Part shown: positions 40,543 through 50,518 of the stretch, one piece after another
How the letters are laid out: the number at the start of each line of letters is the position of its first letter
Position numbering within the stretch: the first letter of the stretch is position 1
NCBI GenBank assembly: GCA_013626165.1
Contig: NDHX01000006.1
Coordinates: 2,060-66,059 of the forward strand
Length of the DNA stretch: 64,000 bases
Direction: 5' to 3'
DNA from: Candidatus Velesiimonas alkalicola
GTDB taxonomy: Bacteria; Omnitrophota; Gorgyraeia; Velesiimonadales; Velesiimonadaceae
Made by a program: the position numbers and the translations under genes
Notes under the pieces: model-generated
What the model saw: the letters and a program-made list of their open reading frames with translations, nothing else
Told to the model about the DNA's origin: nothing
Database searches by the model: none

Positions 40543-41396
40543 CGGACGTACTCCTTATAATTATCCAACCCGACCCTGTCTAAGGTGTCCCTGAACCGCT
40601 CGCCTTGTTTGCCGAATTCTTTGTAAAACTGCAATGTTTTTTCTATAATCTTGAATACCTCTTCCTTTGTTTCCACAAAATCAAATGCCCTTATGCCTAA
40701 TTTCGGGAATTTGCCCATCTTTCCACCTACGGAGATAGTGTAACCATCCTGCCTTTTCTGCCAGGCATTGGTTGGACAAGAGTATACACAGTCACCGCAA
40801 CCTATGCACTTATCTTCATGAAATATAATCTTTTCGTTGTCTTTATCCACCTCTATTGCACCCACTGGGCAAACTTGCGCACATAAACCACAGTAATCGC
40901 AGTTTTCCTTTACGAATCTCTTCTTCAGCCGACCCATTATTCCTAAGTCATTCTCCTGGGGTTTAATACAGGCATTTGGACAGCCGGTAATTCCTATCTT
41001 AAATTTATGTGGGTATCCCCCTATGCCAAAGAATTTTTTGTCAATCTCTCTTGCCAAAAAGAGACAATCTATTAAACCGTGGCTGCACTCTTTGCCTTGA
41101 CAGGCAGTTACAGTCCTTACCCTCTGGCCGCAGGCGCCCATTTCAAGCTCAACCTCAGCAAGTTCTTTTCTTACTTTCTCAAAGTCCTTAAAGTTTATGT
41201 TGGGGATCTCAACACCCTGTCTTGTGGTCAAATGGATATATCCTTTGCCATATTTATTGGCGATTTCTGAAAGTATAACTAATTGTTCAGACTTAACATA
41301 TCCACCCACAACTCGCAGGCGCAGAGAAAATAAATCCTTTTCCTTTTGCTTCATTAAACCACCACTTTTTAATTCTTTTATATTGTATTCAGCCAT
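40539..41396 (-). CDS. Siroheme sulfite/nitrite reductase with 2x[4Fe-4S] domain (AsrC-like)
   Basis: HLTTRQG, TACQGKEC, KFKIGITGCPNAC, CDYCGLC, CIGCGDC. Confidence 0.88.
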   Translation of the reverse strand: MAEYNIKELKSGGLMKQKEKDLFSLRLRVVGGYVKSEQLVILSEIANKYGKGYIHLTTRQGVEIPNINFKDFEKVRKELAEVELEMGACGQRVRTVTACQGKECSHGLIDCLFLAREIDKKFFGIGGYPHKFKIGITGCPNACIKPQENDLGIMGRLKKRFVKENCDYCGLCAQVCPVGAIEVDKDNEKIIFHEDKCIGCGDCVYSCPTNAWQKRQDGYTISVGGKMGKFPKLGIRAFDFVETKEEVFKIIEKTLQFYKEFGKQGERFRDTLDRVGLDNYKEYVR

Positions 41397-41408
41397 ATTA
41401 ACTACCTC

Positions 41409-42548
41409 TTACGCTTCGAAATACTGTTCCATAGAAAAATATCTCTCACCTGTGTCAGGTAAGACTACAACTACTCTTTTACCCTCTCCTAAGTCTTTGG
41501 CTACCTTTAATGCTGAATATGCTGCTGCGCCTGCTGATATACCTACGAATAACCCCTCTTCCCTAGCTAGCCTTCTTGCTGTTCTGAATGCATCATTATC
41601 ATCAACCTGAATTATCTCATCAATTATGCCCTGGTTTAAAACATCGGGAATAAAGCCTGCACCAATACCCTGAATCTTATGTGGGCCCAGTTCTTTTCCC
41701 GAAAGAACAGCACTTGCCGCAGGCTCAACTGCAACTATTTTTATCTTCGGATTATTCTTCTTTAAAACCTCACCTACTCCGGTTATCGTTCCTCCTGTGC
41801 CAACTCCCGCAACAAAGGCGTCAATTTTTCCATCTGTAACAATTAGAATTTCTTTTGCAGTCGTCTTCCTGTGAATCTCAGGGTTAGCCTCATTTTTAAA
41901 CTGTTGAGGCATAAAACTATTTGGAATCTTCTTCAGAATCTCCTCCGCTTTTTTAATAGAACCCCTCATCCCTTCGGCCCCAGGAGTAAGCACCACTTCT
42001 GCACCGTAAGATTTAAGAATATATATTCTCTCTAAACTCATTGTCTCGGGCATAGTAAGAATACATCTATAGCCTTTGACCGCTGAAATCATCGCCAGTC
42101 CTATACCAGTATTACCGCTTGTTGGCTCGATTATGGTTGCACCTGGTTTAAGCAAGCCTTTATCTTCAGCATCTTCAATCATTGAAAGGCAGATTCTATC
42201 TTTAACGCTCCCCCCGGGGTTAAAAGACTCTAATTTTGCCAGAATTTCCGCAGAACCTCCTCCTGCAATCTTATTGAATCTTACCATAGGAGTCTGACCT
42301 ATTAATTCTAATACATTTTCTGCTATTCTTTCCGAAAAAGGCAAACCTCCACCCATATAGTAAACGAACTCTAGCCTATCGTTTGGCTTAAGTTGGGTAG
42401 ATTGATACTTATCTTTACCAATGATTTTATCGTTCAATTCTACTGTAACCACTTCAGGCCTCATCTTTTTAGCGTCCAAAAGACCTGATATGCTAATATT
42501 ATTCTTAATCTCTTCTTTTTTTCCATTTAAGAAAATAGTTATAGCCAT
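41409..42548 (-). CDS. cysK: ThiS-like sulfur carrier fused N-terminally to cysteine synthase A
   Basis: Residues 1-68 are ThiS-like ending YYMGGG; then [34 protein letters not shown]. Confidence 0.9.
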   Translation of the reverse strand: MAITIFLNGKKEEIKNNISISGLLDAKKMRPEVVTVELNDKIIGKDKYQSTQLKPNDRLEFVYYMGGGLPFSERIAENVLELIGQTPMVRFNKIAGGGSAEILAKLESFNPGGSVKDRICLSMIEDAEDKGLLKPGATIIEPTSGNTGIGLAMISAVKGYRCILTMPETMSLERIYILKSYGAEVVLTPGAEGMRGSIKKAEEILKKIPNSFMPQQFKNEANPEIHRKTTAKEILIVTDGKIDAFVAGVGTGGTITGVGEVLKKNNPKIKIVAVEPAASAVLSGKELGPHKIQGIGAGFIPDVLNQGIIDEIIQVDDNDAFRTARRLAREEGLFVGISAGAAAYSALKVAKDLGEGKRVVVVLPDTGERYFSMEQYFEA

Positions 42549-42549
42549 T

Positions 42550-43851
42550 TTAACTCCTCCTTAAAATTTCTAGTGCTTTACTAATAGCCCGTAAGGTATA
42601 CTTTAAATCTTTTTCTGTATGCGCAGTAGATAAAAAATTTGCTTCAAATCCTGAAGGAGAAAAATAAACTCCTCCTTTTAGCAAGTTGTGGTAGAATCGT
42701 TTAAAGGACTTTAAATCTTGATTTTGTGCGGTCTGATAATCCGTAACATCCTTACCTGTAAAAAATATGCTAAACATAGAACCGATGTGATTGACTTTAA
42801 TCTTTATTTGATATTCTTTGGCTTTTAATTCTAAATACTGGCTCAATTCTTCGGCCTTTTTTTGCAAATCATTATAAGGGTTATTTTCTTTAAGCAACTT
42901 TAAAGTAATTATTCCTGCTGTAACCGCTACGGGATTTCCTGATAATGTGCCTGCCTGATAAACTTCACCTTCCGGAGAAAGATACTGCATTATTTCTTTC
43001 CTTCCTCCAAATGCGCCTACAGGTAAACCTCCTCCGATAATTTTACCTAAACAAGTTAAATCTGCTTTTACGCCAAAATAACCTTGAGCACCGCCATACG
43101 AAAGACGAAAGCCGGTAATCACTTCATCAAAAATAAGAACGATATTATATTTATCAGCTATCTTTCTTAAGCCTTCGAGAAATCCAGGCAAAGGTCTAAT
43201 CACTCCACAATTTGCCTGCACCGGTTCAACAATTATCGCTGCTAAATCTTTTTGAAACTTTTTTGCTGTTTCTTTAGCTCTCTTTATATCGTTATAAGGA
43301 AGTACTATTGTATGTTTAATAAAATCTTTCGGCACACCTGAACTGGCTGGAATACCCAACGTCGCCTGACCTGAACCTGCTTTTACCAAAAGATAATCTA
43401 CGTGACCATGGTATGCGCCTGCAAATTTTATAATCTTATCTTTTTTTGTACAGGCGCGGGCAAGCCTAATTGCGCTCATTACTGCTTCTGTGCCAGAATT
43501 AGTAAGTCTAACCTGGTCTATAGAAGGTATTGCCTCTACAATAAGTTTTGCCAATTCTGTCTCTAATTTTGTCACTGTGCCAAAACTGGTTCCATTTTTT
43601 ATGGTTCGTGATAATGCCTCTATAACCTTCGGATGCGCATGGCCCAAAATCAATGCTCCCCAACTCAGGCAGTAATCAATGAACCCCTTGCCGCATTCTC
43701 CGTAAATTTTTGAACCTTTTGCCTCTTTTACAAAAACAGGCAATCCTCCCACTGCCTGAAATGAACGCACCGGGCTATTTACTCCTCCGGGAATATACCT
43801 TTTGGCTTCACCAAAAAGTTTATGGTTTATAGTTGATAGTTTATGGCTCAT
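42550..43851 (-). CDS. hemL: Glutamate-1-semialdehyde aminomutase
   Basis: [27 protein letters not shown]. Confidence 0.95.
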   Translation of the reverse strand: MSHKLSTINHKLFGEAKRYIPGGVNSPVRSFQAVGGLPVFVKEAKGSKIYGECGKGFIDYCLSWGALILGHAHPKVIEALSRTIKNGTSFGTVTKLETELAKLIVEAIPSIDQVRLTNSGTEAVMSAIRLARACTKKDKIIKFAGAYHGHVDYLLVKAGSGQATLGIPASSGVPKDFIKHTIVLPYNDIKRAKETAKKFQKDLAAIIVEPVQANCGVIRPLPGFLEGLRKIADKYNIVLIFDEVITGFRLSYGGAQGYFGVKADLTCLGKIIGGGLPVGAFGGRKEIMQYLSPEGEVYQAGTLSGNPVAVTAGIITLKLLKENNPYNDLQKKAEELSQYLELKAKEYQIKIKVNHIGSMFSIFFTGKDVTDYQTAQNQDLKSFKRFYHNLLKGGVYFSPSGFEANFLSTAHTEKDLKYTLRAISKALEILRRS

Positions 43852-43929
43852 TGACTATCCCGTGATTTAGAAAGTTTACTAAGCATTTTAGCTATGATTT
43901 CAGCCCTCAAGTTTCTCAAAACTAAACAT
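43848..43929 (-). pseudogene. Internally deleted four-helix-bundle gene
   Basis: MFSFEKLE joined out of frame to [18 protein letters not shown], matching both termini of 47982..48365. Confidence 0.75.
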
Positions 43930-43951
43930 TTATTCTCCTTTTTGCTATAAA

Positions 43952-44932
43952 CTATACACCATCAACCATCAACCATTTCCCAACCTCTTTTCCAAAATAA
44001 CTAATAATGAAATCTGCGCCAGCCCTTTTTATGGAGGTAAGCACCTCAAGAGCTAACTCCTTCTCCTTTGTTTTATCGCCTTCGCTTAACTTTTTTATTG
44101 CGCTATATTCTCCACTCACATTATATGCAGCTATAGGTATATTAAACTTTTCTTTTGCCCTATAGATAATATCTAAATACGCTAATGCTGGCTTAACCAT
44201 AACCATATCTGCACCTTCATCAATATCTTGACCTATCCGTTTTAATGCTTCACTCGGATCACCGAAGTCAAGTTGATAACTCATTCTGTCCCCGAAGCGG
44301 GGAGCTGAATTAAGCGCTTCTCGGAATGGTGCATAAAAATTTGAGGCGTATTTTGCCGAATAGGCAAATATTTTAGTCTTTACGAAATCATTCTTGTCCA
44401 AGGCCTTTCTTATCGCCTTAACCTGGTGAAGCATCATTGCTGAAGGCGCAACAAAATCCGCTCCTGCCTGAGCGTGAGAAACAGCTATTTTAGCTAAAGT
44501 ATCTAAAGTTCCATCAACATCTACATCAAGAACTTCGGCATTTTTTTTCAATATCCTGCAATGACCATAAGGAGTATATCCGCATAAACAAACATCGGTA
44601 ATAATTATTATATCTTTTATTTCTTTTCTGATTGCTCTTACAGTCTTCTGAATAATGCCACCTTCGGCGTAAGCTTCGGTTCCTTTCTTATCTTTTTTAC
44701 GCGGAATTCCAAATAAGAGTATTGCTTTTATATCCAAAACTTTAGTCTCCTTGATATCCTTAAGCAAGTTGTCGATAGATAGCCGATAAACTCCAGGCAT
44801 GGACTTAATGACTTCTTTTTTATTTTTTCCTTCAATAACAAAATAAGGCTGAATCAAATCCGAAGCTACAAGCCTTGTTTCGCTAACCAAATTCCTAATT
44901 ATTTGATTTCTTCTTAATCTATTAAATGCCAT
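43952..44932 (-). CDS. hemB: Porphobilinogen synthase
   Basis: DVCLCGYT.YGHC, SAKYAS, MVKPA, AYNVSGEY. Confidence 0.95.
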   Translation of the reverse strand: MAFNRLRRNQIIRNLVSETRLVASDLIQPYFVIEGKNKKEVIKSMPGVYRLSIDNLLKDIKETKVLDIKAILLFGIPRKKDKKGTEAYAEGGIIQKTVRAIRKEIKDIIIITDVCLCGYTPYGHCRILKKNAEVLDVDVDGTLDTLAKIAVSHAQAGADFVAPSAMMLHQVKAIRKALDKNDFVKTKIFAYSAKYASNFYAPFREALNSAPRFGDRMSYQLDFGDPSEALKRIGQDIDEGADMVMVKPALAYLDIIYRAKEKFNIPIAAYNVSGEYSAIKKLSEGDKTKEKELALEVLTSIKRAGADFIISYFGKEVGKWLMVDGV

Positions 44933-46314
44933 TTTTTTGCCTCTTTTAAGGTTACATCACCAATACATCTAACTTTTACACTTTGGGGTATTTTTTTATA
45001 TCTTCGCTTAAAATTTCTAACCGCAGAGGGGCTGGTAAACATAATCTCATTAAAAGTATTTAACTCTAAGTCTGGCAAATCCTCAGGCATTACATTTTTA
45101 TAAGCGAAACTGGTAGTTACTCTTGCTCCTAATTTTTTGAATGCCTTCTCCAAACCTTTATCCGAAATATCTGAACGGGGTAAAAATATCCTTTTGCCTT
45201 CTATGTCTAAGTTCTTAAATTCCGTAACCAAGCCTTCCGCGGATTCTTTCTTAGGTACCAAATCCGCTATAATTCCAAAGTCTAAGAGTCTATTTTTTGT
45301 AGAATTCCCGATAGCTCCAATCTTTATATTTGAAAGCAACCTTGAATCATAACCTATCGCTTTCAACCTCTTGAAGAAGTACTCTACGCCGTATCGGCTG
45401 GCAAATACTATCCAGTCAAAATTCCTGATATTCTCTACATAATTATCAAATTCCCTATAGTTATATAAGGGCTCGATCTTAATTAAAGGAAGATGAAAAT
45501 AAACGCCTTTATTGAAAAATCTCTCCTGCGACAAACCGGTAAACAAAACCCACTTACCTTTCCTCAGCCAGTTAAATTCCTTCTCTAACTTTGCTATCTT
45601 GCCAACAATAACTATTGCCGGCGGTTTTAAACCTTGCTCTTTGGCCTTTTTCGCAATATTTTTTAAGGTGCTGGTTAAAATTCTCTGGGTTATTAAACTG
45701 GCATCCTGGATTATTGCCACTGGTGTATTCTCATCCCTTCCGCACTTAAGTAACTTGGAAACTATTTCATCCAAATTCTCTATTGCCATATAAAGAACTA
45801 ATGTGCCAATTTTTGCCAGTGAATCCCAATCAAGCAAACTTTCTTTCTTCGTCGGGTCCTCATGACCGGTAACAAAGACACAACTGGAAGCAAGTTTTCT
45901 ATCGGTTAAAGGTATGCCACTTAGACCCGCAGCCGCAACTGCGGCAGTAACCCCCGGGACTACTTCAAATTCTATTTTATTTTTGGTTAAGACCTCAAGT
46001 TCCTGAGAATACCTGCTAAATATTGAGGGATCACCGTTCTTTAGCCTTGCCACCTTCTTTTCTTCTTTGGCCTTCCTGATTAACAAATTATTAATTTTAT
46101 TCTGATGAACTAAAAAACCATTAGCGTAGCGTTTCTTACCTAATTCATCGCAACAGATTAATTCTGCGCCATCTTTTGTATATCCTAAAAGACTCTTATC
46201 TACGAGGTAGTCATAAATAACCACATCCGACTCTTTAAGGATATTAAGTCCTCTTACAGTTATTAAATCAGGCTTACCAGGTCCTGCACCCACTAAATAA
46301 ACTTTGCCTTTCAT
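44914..46314 (-). CDS. cobA: Uroporphyrinogen-III C-methyltransferase / uroporphyrinogen-III synthase fusion (CobA-HemD)
   Basis: VGAGPG, RLKNGDP, VPGVTA; C-terminal HemD-like FTSPSAV. Confidence 0.92.
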   Translation of the reverse strand: MKGKVYLVGAGPGKPDLITVRGLNILKESDVVIYDYLVDKSLLGYTKDGAELICCDELGKKRYANGFLVHQNKINNLLIRKAKEEKKVARLKNGDPSIFSRYSQELEVLTKNKIEFEVVPGVTAAVAAAGLSGIPLTDRKLASSCVFVTGHEDPTKKESLLDWDSLAKIGTLVLYMAIENLDEIVSKLLKCGRDENTPVAIIQDASLITQRILTSTLKNIAKKAKEQGLKPPAIVIVGKIAKLEKEFNWLRKGKWVLFTGLSQERFFNKGVYFHLPLIKIEPLYNYREFDNYVENIRNFDWIVFASRYGVEYFFKRLKAIGYDSRLLSNIKIGAIGNSTKNRLLDFGIIADLVPKKESAEGLVTEFKNLDIEGKRIFLPRSDISDKGLEKAFKKLGARVTTSFAYKNVMPEDLPDLELNTFNEIMFTSPSAVRNFKRRYKKIPQSVKVRCIGDVTLKEAKKWHLID

Positions 46315-46991
46315 AATAAAACCGCCTCCCGGGAATCGATTGCTGAAAGCAAGTTATGCAGATGTAAATCTTCGGCTCTTCTGACAACTGCCAAAGACCC
46401 TTGTAAAGGATGAGGAATAAGGATCTCAAATGGTATCCTTTGGGAAATCCTATCTTCCAGCCCCAACCTAATCAGGCCACAAGCAGCAACCACAATAGCA
46501 TCTAAGTCTGTTTCATCAAGCATCTTTAATCTCTCCCCGATATTACCGCGGATATCCACAATATGAAAATCATCACGATAATTTTTAAGATGGGTTTTTC
46601 TTCTCAAACTACTTGTCCCTATTTTTGCGCCCACCTTCAGTTCATCAAGGGTTAGATTATTCTTTGAAACCAGGGCATCGTAAGGATCAATAGACTTTGT
46701 AATGGCCGCGATAAAAAGTCCAGGCGCCAAATTATCCGGTAAGTCCTTTGCACTGTGGACAGAAAAATCAATCTCACCCCTTAAAAGTGCCTCATCTATT
46801 TCTTTTGTAAAAAAGTCTGTTCCTTCTATTTGCGATATAGGCGTAAACTTATCCTTATCGCCATATGTATCTATACCTATAATCTTTACATTAAGATCAG
46901 GGTAGAATTTCTTTAAATTGTTTACAACCTCTTCTACCTGCTTAAGTGCAAGAGGGCTGGTTCTTGTTCCAACTCTGTAATTCTTTCCCAT
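46311..46991 (-). CDS. hemC: Hydroxymethylbilane synthase (short, lacks C-terminal domain)
   Basis: GTRTSPLAL, VHSAKDLP, GTSSLRR, IRGNI. Confidence 0.9.
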   Translation of the reverse strand: MGKNYRVGTRTSPLALKQVEEVVNNLKKFYPDLNVKIIGIDTYGDKDKFTPISQIEGTDFFTKEIDEALLRGEIDFSVHSAKDLPDNLAPGLFIAAITKSIDPYDALVSKNNLTLDELKVGAKIGTSSLRRKTHLKNYRDDFHIVDIRGNIGERLKMLDETDLDAIVVAACGLIRLGLEDRISQRIPFEILIPHPLQGSLAVVRRAEDLHLHNLLSAIDSREAVLL

Positions 46992-47971
46992 AATCTTTCC
47001 ACCTCTATATCTATAATCTTTTTAGCCTTTTGTGCTTCTCGTTTCTTTATCTTCATATTTTCTTCAATTACAGTATCTAAATCTTCTAAACAAAAAAGCT
47101 CAATACCCATTATCTCTTTTACTAGAGGATCAACGTCTCTTGGTAAAGCAAGGTCAACTATAAGAAGCTCCCGATTAATAAGGCCTGCTAAGGTCTCCTT
47201 TTTAATAATAAAATGTGGGCTTGCTGTAGCGGTTATGACTACATCCGCCATTTTCAAAGACTCTCTTAATCTATCGAATCTTACAGCCACAGCATTAATC
47301 TGACTTGCCAATGCCTTTGCCTTTTCAAAAGATCGACTGGAGATAAAGACCACATTGGGTTTTTCTTTTTTTAGGTACCTCAAAACTAATTCTGTAACCT
47401 TCCCTACTCCAATAATTAGAATGCTCTTGTGCGATAGGTTGCCTAATCGCTTTCTTATAAAATCTATAGCAATGCCTCCTACCGAAATTTTTCCTTCAGA
47501 TATTTTGGTCTCTTTGTGTATCATACTAGCTAAAGTTAGAGCATGATTAAAAATCTTGGTCAAGAACTTATCAGCAAAAGCAATATCTTCTGTTTCAAGA
47601 TATGCATGTTTAACTTGCCCTGAAATTTGTGTCTCACCAAGAATCAACGAATCTAGACCGCAAGTGACCGAAAATAAGTGTCTAACCGCTTCTTCGCCCT
47701 CATATATATAGAGATAAGGTAAAATTTTTTCTATCTCAATCTCATGGTATCGCGAAAGAAAATTTATTATATGGGCTCTTGCAACTTTGAGATTTTCTGT
47801 GCTAGCATAAATCTCCACTCGGTTACAAGTAGAAAGAATAACCGCTCCCTTAAATATTTGCCATTCCCTTAAGAGAGAAAGTGCATCTTTTAACCTCTTT
47901 TTGGAAAAAGAAAGCCTTTCTCTTAATTCAATGGGGCTAAATTTATGATTTGTGCCTACTAGCATCAACAT
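46934..47971 (-). CDS. hemA: Glutamyl-tRNA reductase (short form)
   Basis: LSTCNRVE, GLDSLILGETQI, DLALPRDV. Confidence 0.93.
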   Translation of the reverse strand: MLMLVGTNHKFSPIELRERLSFSKKRLKDALSLLREWQIFKGAVILSTCNRVEIYASTENLKVARAHIINFLSRYHEIEIEKILPYLYIYEGEEAVRHLFSVTCGLDSLILGETQISGQVKHAYLETEDIAFADKFLTKIFNHALTLASMIHKETKISEGKISVGGIAIDFIRKRLGNLSHKSILIIGVGKVTELVLRYLKKEKPNVVFISSRSFEKAKALASQINAVAVRFDRLRESLKMADVVITATASPHFIIKKETLAGLINRELLIVDLALPRDVDPLVKEIMGIELFCLEDLDTVIEENMKIKKREAQKAKKIIDIEVERLWERITELEQEPALLHLSR

Positions 47972-47981
47972 CGTCTATCGT

Positions 47982-48365
47982 CTATAGTCTATTGTCTATG
48001 GATTGGGATTTAGAGAGATTGCAAAGCATTTTAGCAATATTCTCGGATTCAGAATAGAGTTCGTTGAATGCCCGCTGGGTTAAGAAATCATTATCTAGGG
48101 CAACAAATAATTGCGTTACCGTCTCATATAGAGAACCAAGAGAAATTTGAATATATCGCTTAAAATCGACTTTACTAAACCGGCTACTCCCTTCTGCAAT
48201 GGCTGACAACGCGGAAATCGCACTTTTTCGAGTATGTTGAGCTAAACCAAATTTCTCTTCTGGTGGATAAGTTGCCGTAAGTTCATAAATCCTTTTCACA
48301 AACTTCCTTGTCTTTTGCCAAACTTCGAGTTTTTCAAACCCATACATTTTTACCTCCTCCATCAA
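47982..48365 (-). CDS. Four helix bundle protein (23S rRNA IVP/bAvd-like family)
   Basis: FEKLEVWQK, PPEEKFGL, IAEG, GSLYE; flanked by heptamer arrays. Confidence 0.88.
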   Translation of the reverse strand: MMEEVKMYGFEKLEVWQKTRKFVKRIYELTATYPPEEKFGLAQHTRKSAISALSAIAEGSSRFSKVDFKRYIQISLGSLYETVTQLFVALDNDFLTQRAFNELYSESENIAKMLCNLSKSQSIDNRL

Positions 48366-48389
48366 CTATAGACCATCAACTATAGACCA

Positions 48390-48794
48390 TCAACTATCAG
48401 CCAGTTCGATTTCTTCTTCTGTAATTTCACCATTAACAATTCTAAATGACCTTATGCTTGGATTTTCTTTATCCTTTATTGAAGCAATTACGTAAGAAGC
48501 ATCCGGATAATAGGCTAACTCCACATCATGCGCCGAAGGATAAGCCTCTGTATCAAGATGTGAATGGTATATACCTACCATCTCTAATCCTAAATTACGC
48601 ATTTCTTTAAATACTTTTAATTGTTCTTTCGGGTCCATAAAATAACAAGTAGCCGGATTATCAGAGATATTCTCCATTTGATAAATTTTCTCAATTTTTT
48701 CTTCTTTGCCAGCCAATATTCCGCAAGATTCACGAGGATATTCTCTACGAGAATGTTTTACAATTTGCTCTAATTTATTTTTTTTTATAATCAT
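48390..48794 (-). CDS. JAB/MPN (M67) metallopeptidase (Mec/HcyD-like)
   Basis: PRESCGIL, IYHSH...PSAHD. Confidence 0.92.
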   Translation of the reverse strand: MIIKKNKLEQIVKHSRREYPRESCGILAGKEEKIEKIYQMENISDNPATCYFMDPKEQLKVFKEMRNLGLEMVGIYHSHLDTEAYPSAHDVELAYYPDASYVIASIKDKENPSIRSFRIVNGEITEEEIELADS

Positions 48795-49632
48795 GGAAAT
48801 CTTTTAAATACCTCCCCCCATCGGAAACTTTTCCTGTTAAATCAAAAGTTCGTTTTACCCAAATTTCATCTAAAAACTCACCATTTATGTACGCAGACGT
48901 CATCTCTTCTTTTGGTTTCTTGAAAACATTCTTCGCCAAATCATTTTCAATCAACTGGCCTAAATAAAGAAAAATTACGTAGTCTGCAAGCCGCATTGCT
49001 TGTTGAATGTTATGAGTAACTATTATTACAGTATAGTCTTTCTTTAATTCCAACAATTTCTTTTCTATACGTTCCGATGAAACGGGATCTAATGATGAAG
49101 TGGGTTCATCGGCAAGAATTGCTTCCGGTTCAACGGCAAGTCCTCTTGCAAGGCATAATCTTTGCTGTTGCCCTAACGATAATTTTGCCGCAGATGTCCT
49201 TAATCTATCTTTTACTTCATTCCATAGACCTGCTTCTTTCAGATAATGCCGGACTTTTTCATCCAGAAATTTTTTTCCTGTGCGACCGTGAATCCTCAAA
49301 CCATATGCAACATTGTCATATATTGACATCGGCAGTGGATACGGTTTCTGGGGAAGCAATCCTATCTTTTTTCTGAGATAAATTACATCGGTTCTATTAC
49401 CGTAAATATTTTCACCGTTAAATAAAATCTCCCCTGATATTTTAACACTGTTTTGCAACTCCAAGAGTCTGTTAAATGACTTCAATAAAGTTGTTTTGCC
49501 GCAACCGGACGGTCCGATTATAGCAGTTATATTTTTCTCCGGAATATCGACAGTTATATCCTTTAATGCGTGATGATCGTCATAAAATACATTAAGATTT
49601 TTTATGTTTATATGCGTTTTCGCAGATTCCAT
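48775..49632 (-). CDS. pstB: Phosphate ABC transporter ATP-binding protein
   Basis: GPSGCGKT, SIYDNVAYG, GQQQRLC, DEPTSSLDP, VTHNIQQA. Confidence 0.93.
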   Translation of the reverse strand: MESAKTHINIKNLNVFYDDHHALKDITVDIPEKNITAIIGPSGCGKTTLLKSFNRLLELQNSVKISGEILFNGENIYGNRTDVIYLRKKIGLLPQKPYPLPMSIYDNVAYGLRIHGRTGKKFLDEKVRHYLKEAGLWNEVKDRLRTSAAKLSLGQQQRLCLARGLAVEPEAILADEPTSSLDPVSSERIEKKLLELKKDYTVIIVTHNIQQAMRLADYVIFLYLGQLIENDLAKNVFKKPKEEMTSAYINGEFLDEIWVKRTFDLTGKVSDGGRYLKDFHDYKKK

Positions 49633-49645
49633 CCCATTTTCCTCT

Positions 49646-50518
49646 CTATCTAATAATATGTTTACTAAATTTTTTTGACAATAACCTGGAAACAATACTG
49701 ATAGTTAAAAGCAGGACCGTCAACACTATAGCCGAGGCATATCCGCGCTGCTGCACTTCCGGAAAAGGAGTTCCCAACTGGAAAAATATCGCCAGAGGTA
49801 AAGTCGCAACCGGCCTAAACAACGAATAAGGCAGGAAATCGGTAAAACCTGCTGTGAATAATACCGAGGCAGCGTCACCGATACCGCGTCCGAAAGCAAT
49901 AAGGACTGCCGTTAATATCCCGGGCATCGCCTGCTTAAAAATAATTTTTGTTGCGGTCTCTAATCTGGTTGCCCCCAAACTAAAAGATGCCTCTTTCAAT
50001 TCCAGCGGTATCATTTTTAAGATCTCATCCATACTTCTTGCCATTATCGGAATTATCAATAAAGCAACGGTAATCATACCTGCTAATAGCGAAGCGCGAA
50101 GTCCAAAAAATACCATTAAAGTAAAGCCGAATGCTCCGTAGACGATTGATGGAATGCCCCACAAAATATCAAGGAAAAGCCGCACAACCAAAGCAAGTTT
50201 TGAATTTTTTTTCAAATACAAATTTAAGTAAAAAACCATCGGCATACTGACTAAAAAAGCCAAAAATGTTGCTCCAAATCCCAAAACAATTGAACCTAAA
50301 ATAGCATTGAGTATACCGCCTTCTTTACCTATATAATATCCGCCTTCTGGTGTCTTAATAAGCATATCCAGATTCAGCGCCGGCAACCCTTTCAAAAAGA
50401 TTACCGCAAGAATCAGAACTAAACTTCCAACAACTATAAATGTAGAAAAGAGCATAAGAAACTTAAAAAAAATTTCTTCAATTCTCTTGCCGTGCATATC
50501 AGGATTCTCCTCTTTCAA
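49646..50518 (-). CDS. pstA: Phosphate ABC transporter permease
   Basis: GIPSIVYG, LKEASFSLGAT; position between pstC and pstB. Confidence 0.9.
   Translation of the reverse strand: MKEENPDMHGKRIEEIFFKFLMLFSTFIVVGSLVLILAVIFLKGLPALNLDMLIKTPEGGYYIGKEGGILNAILGSIVLGFGATFLAFLVSMPMVFYLNLYLKKNSKLALVVRLFLDILWGIPSIVYGAFGFTLMVFFGLRASLLAGMITVALLIIPIMARSMDEILKMIPLELKEASFSLGATRLETATKIIFKQAMPGILTAVLIAFGRGIGDAASVLFTAGFTDFLPYSLFRPVATLPLAIFFQLGTPFPEVQQRGYASAIVLTVLLLTISIVSRLLSKKFSKHIIR

Noticed and set aside
46311-47971. Short HemC and HemA as pseudogenes
   Set aside because: Catalytic N-terminal motifs are intact, no internal stops, and the genes are tightly coupled; kept as CDS though activity is unverified
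47982-48365. Possible DGR (Avd-like gene)
   Set aside because: No reverse transcriptase in the window and no repeat pair differing only at adenines
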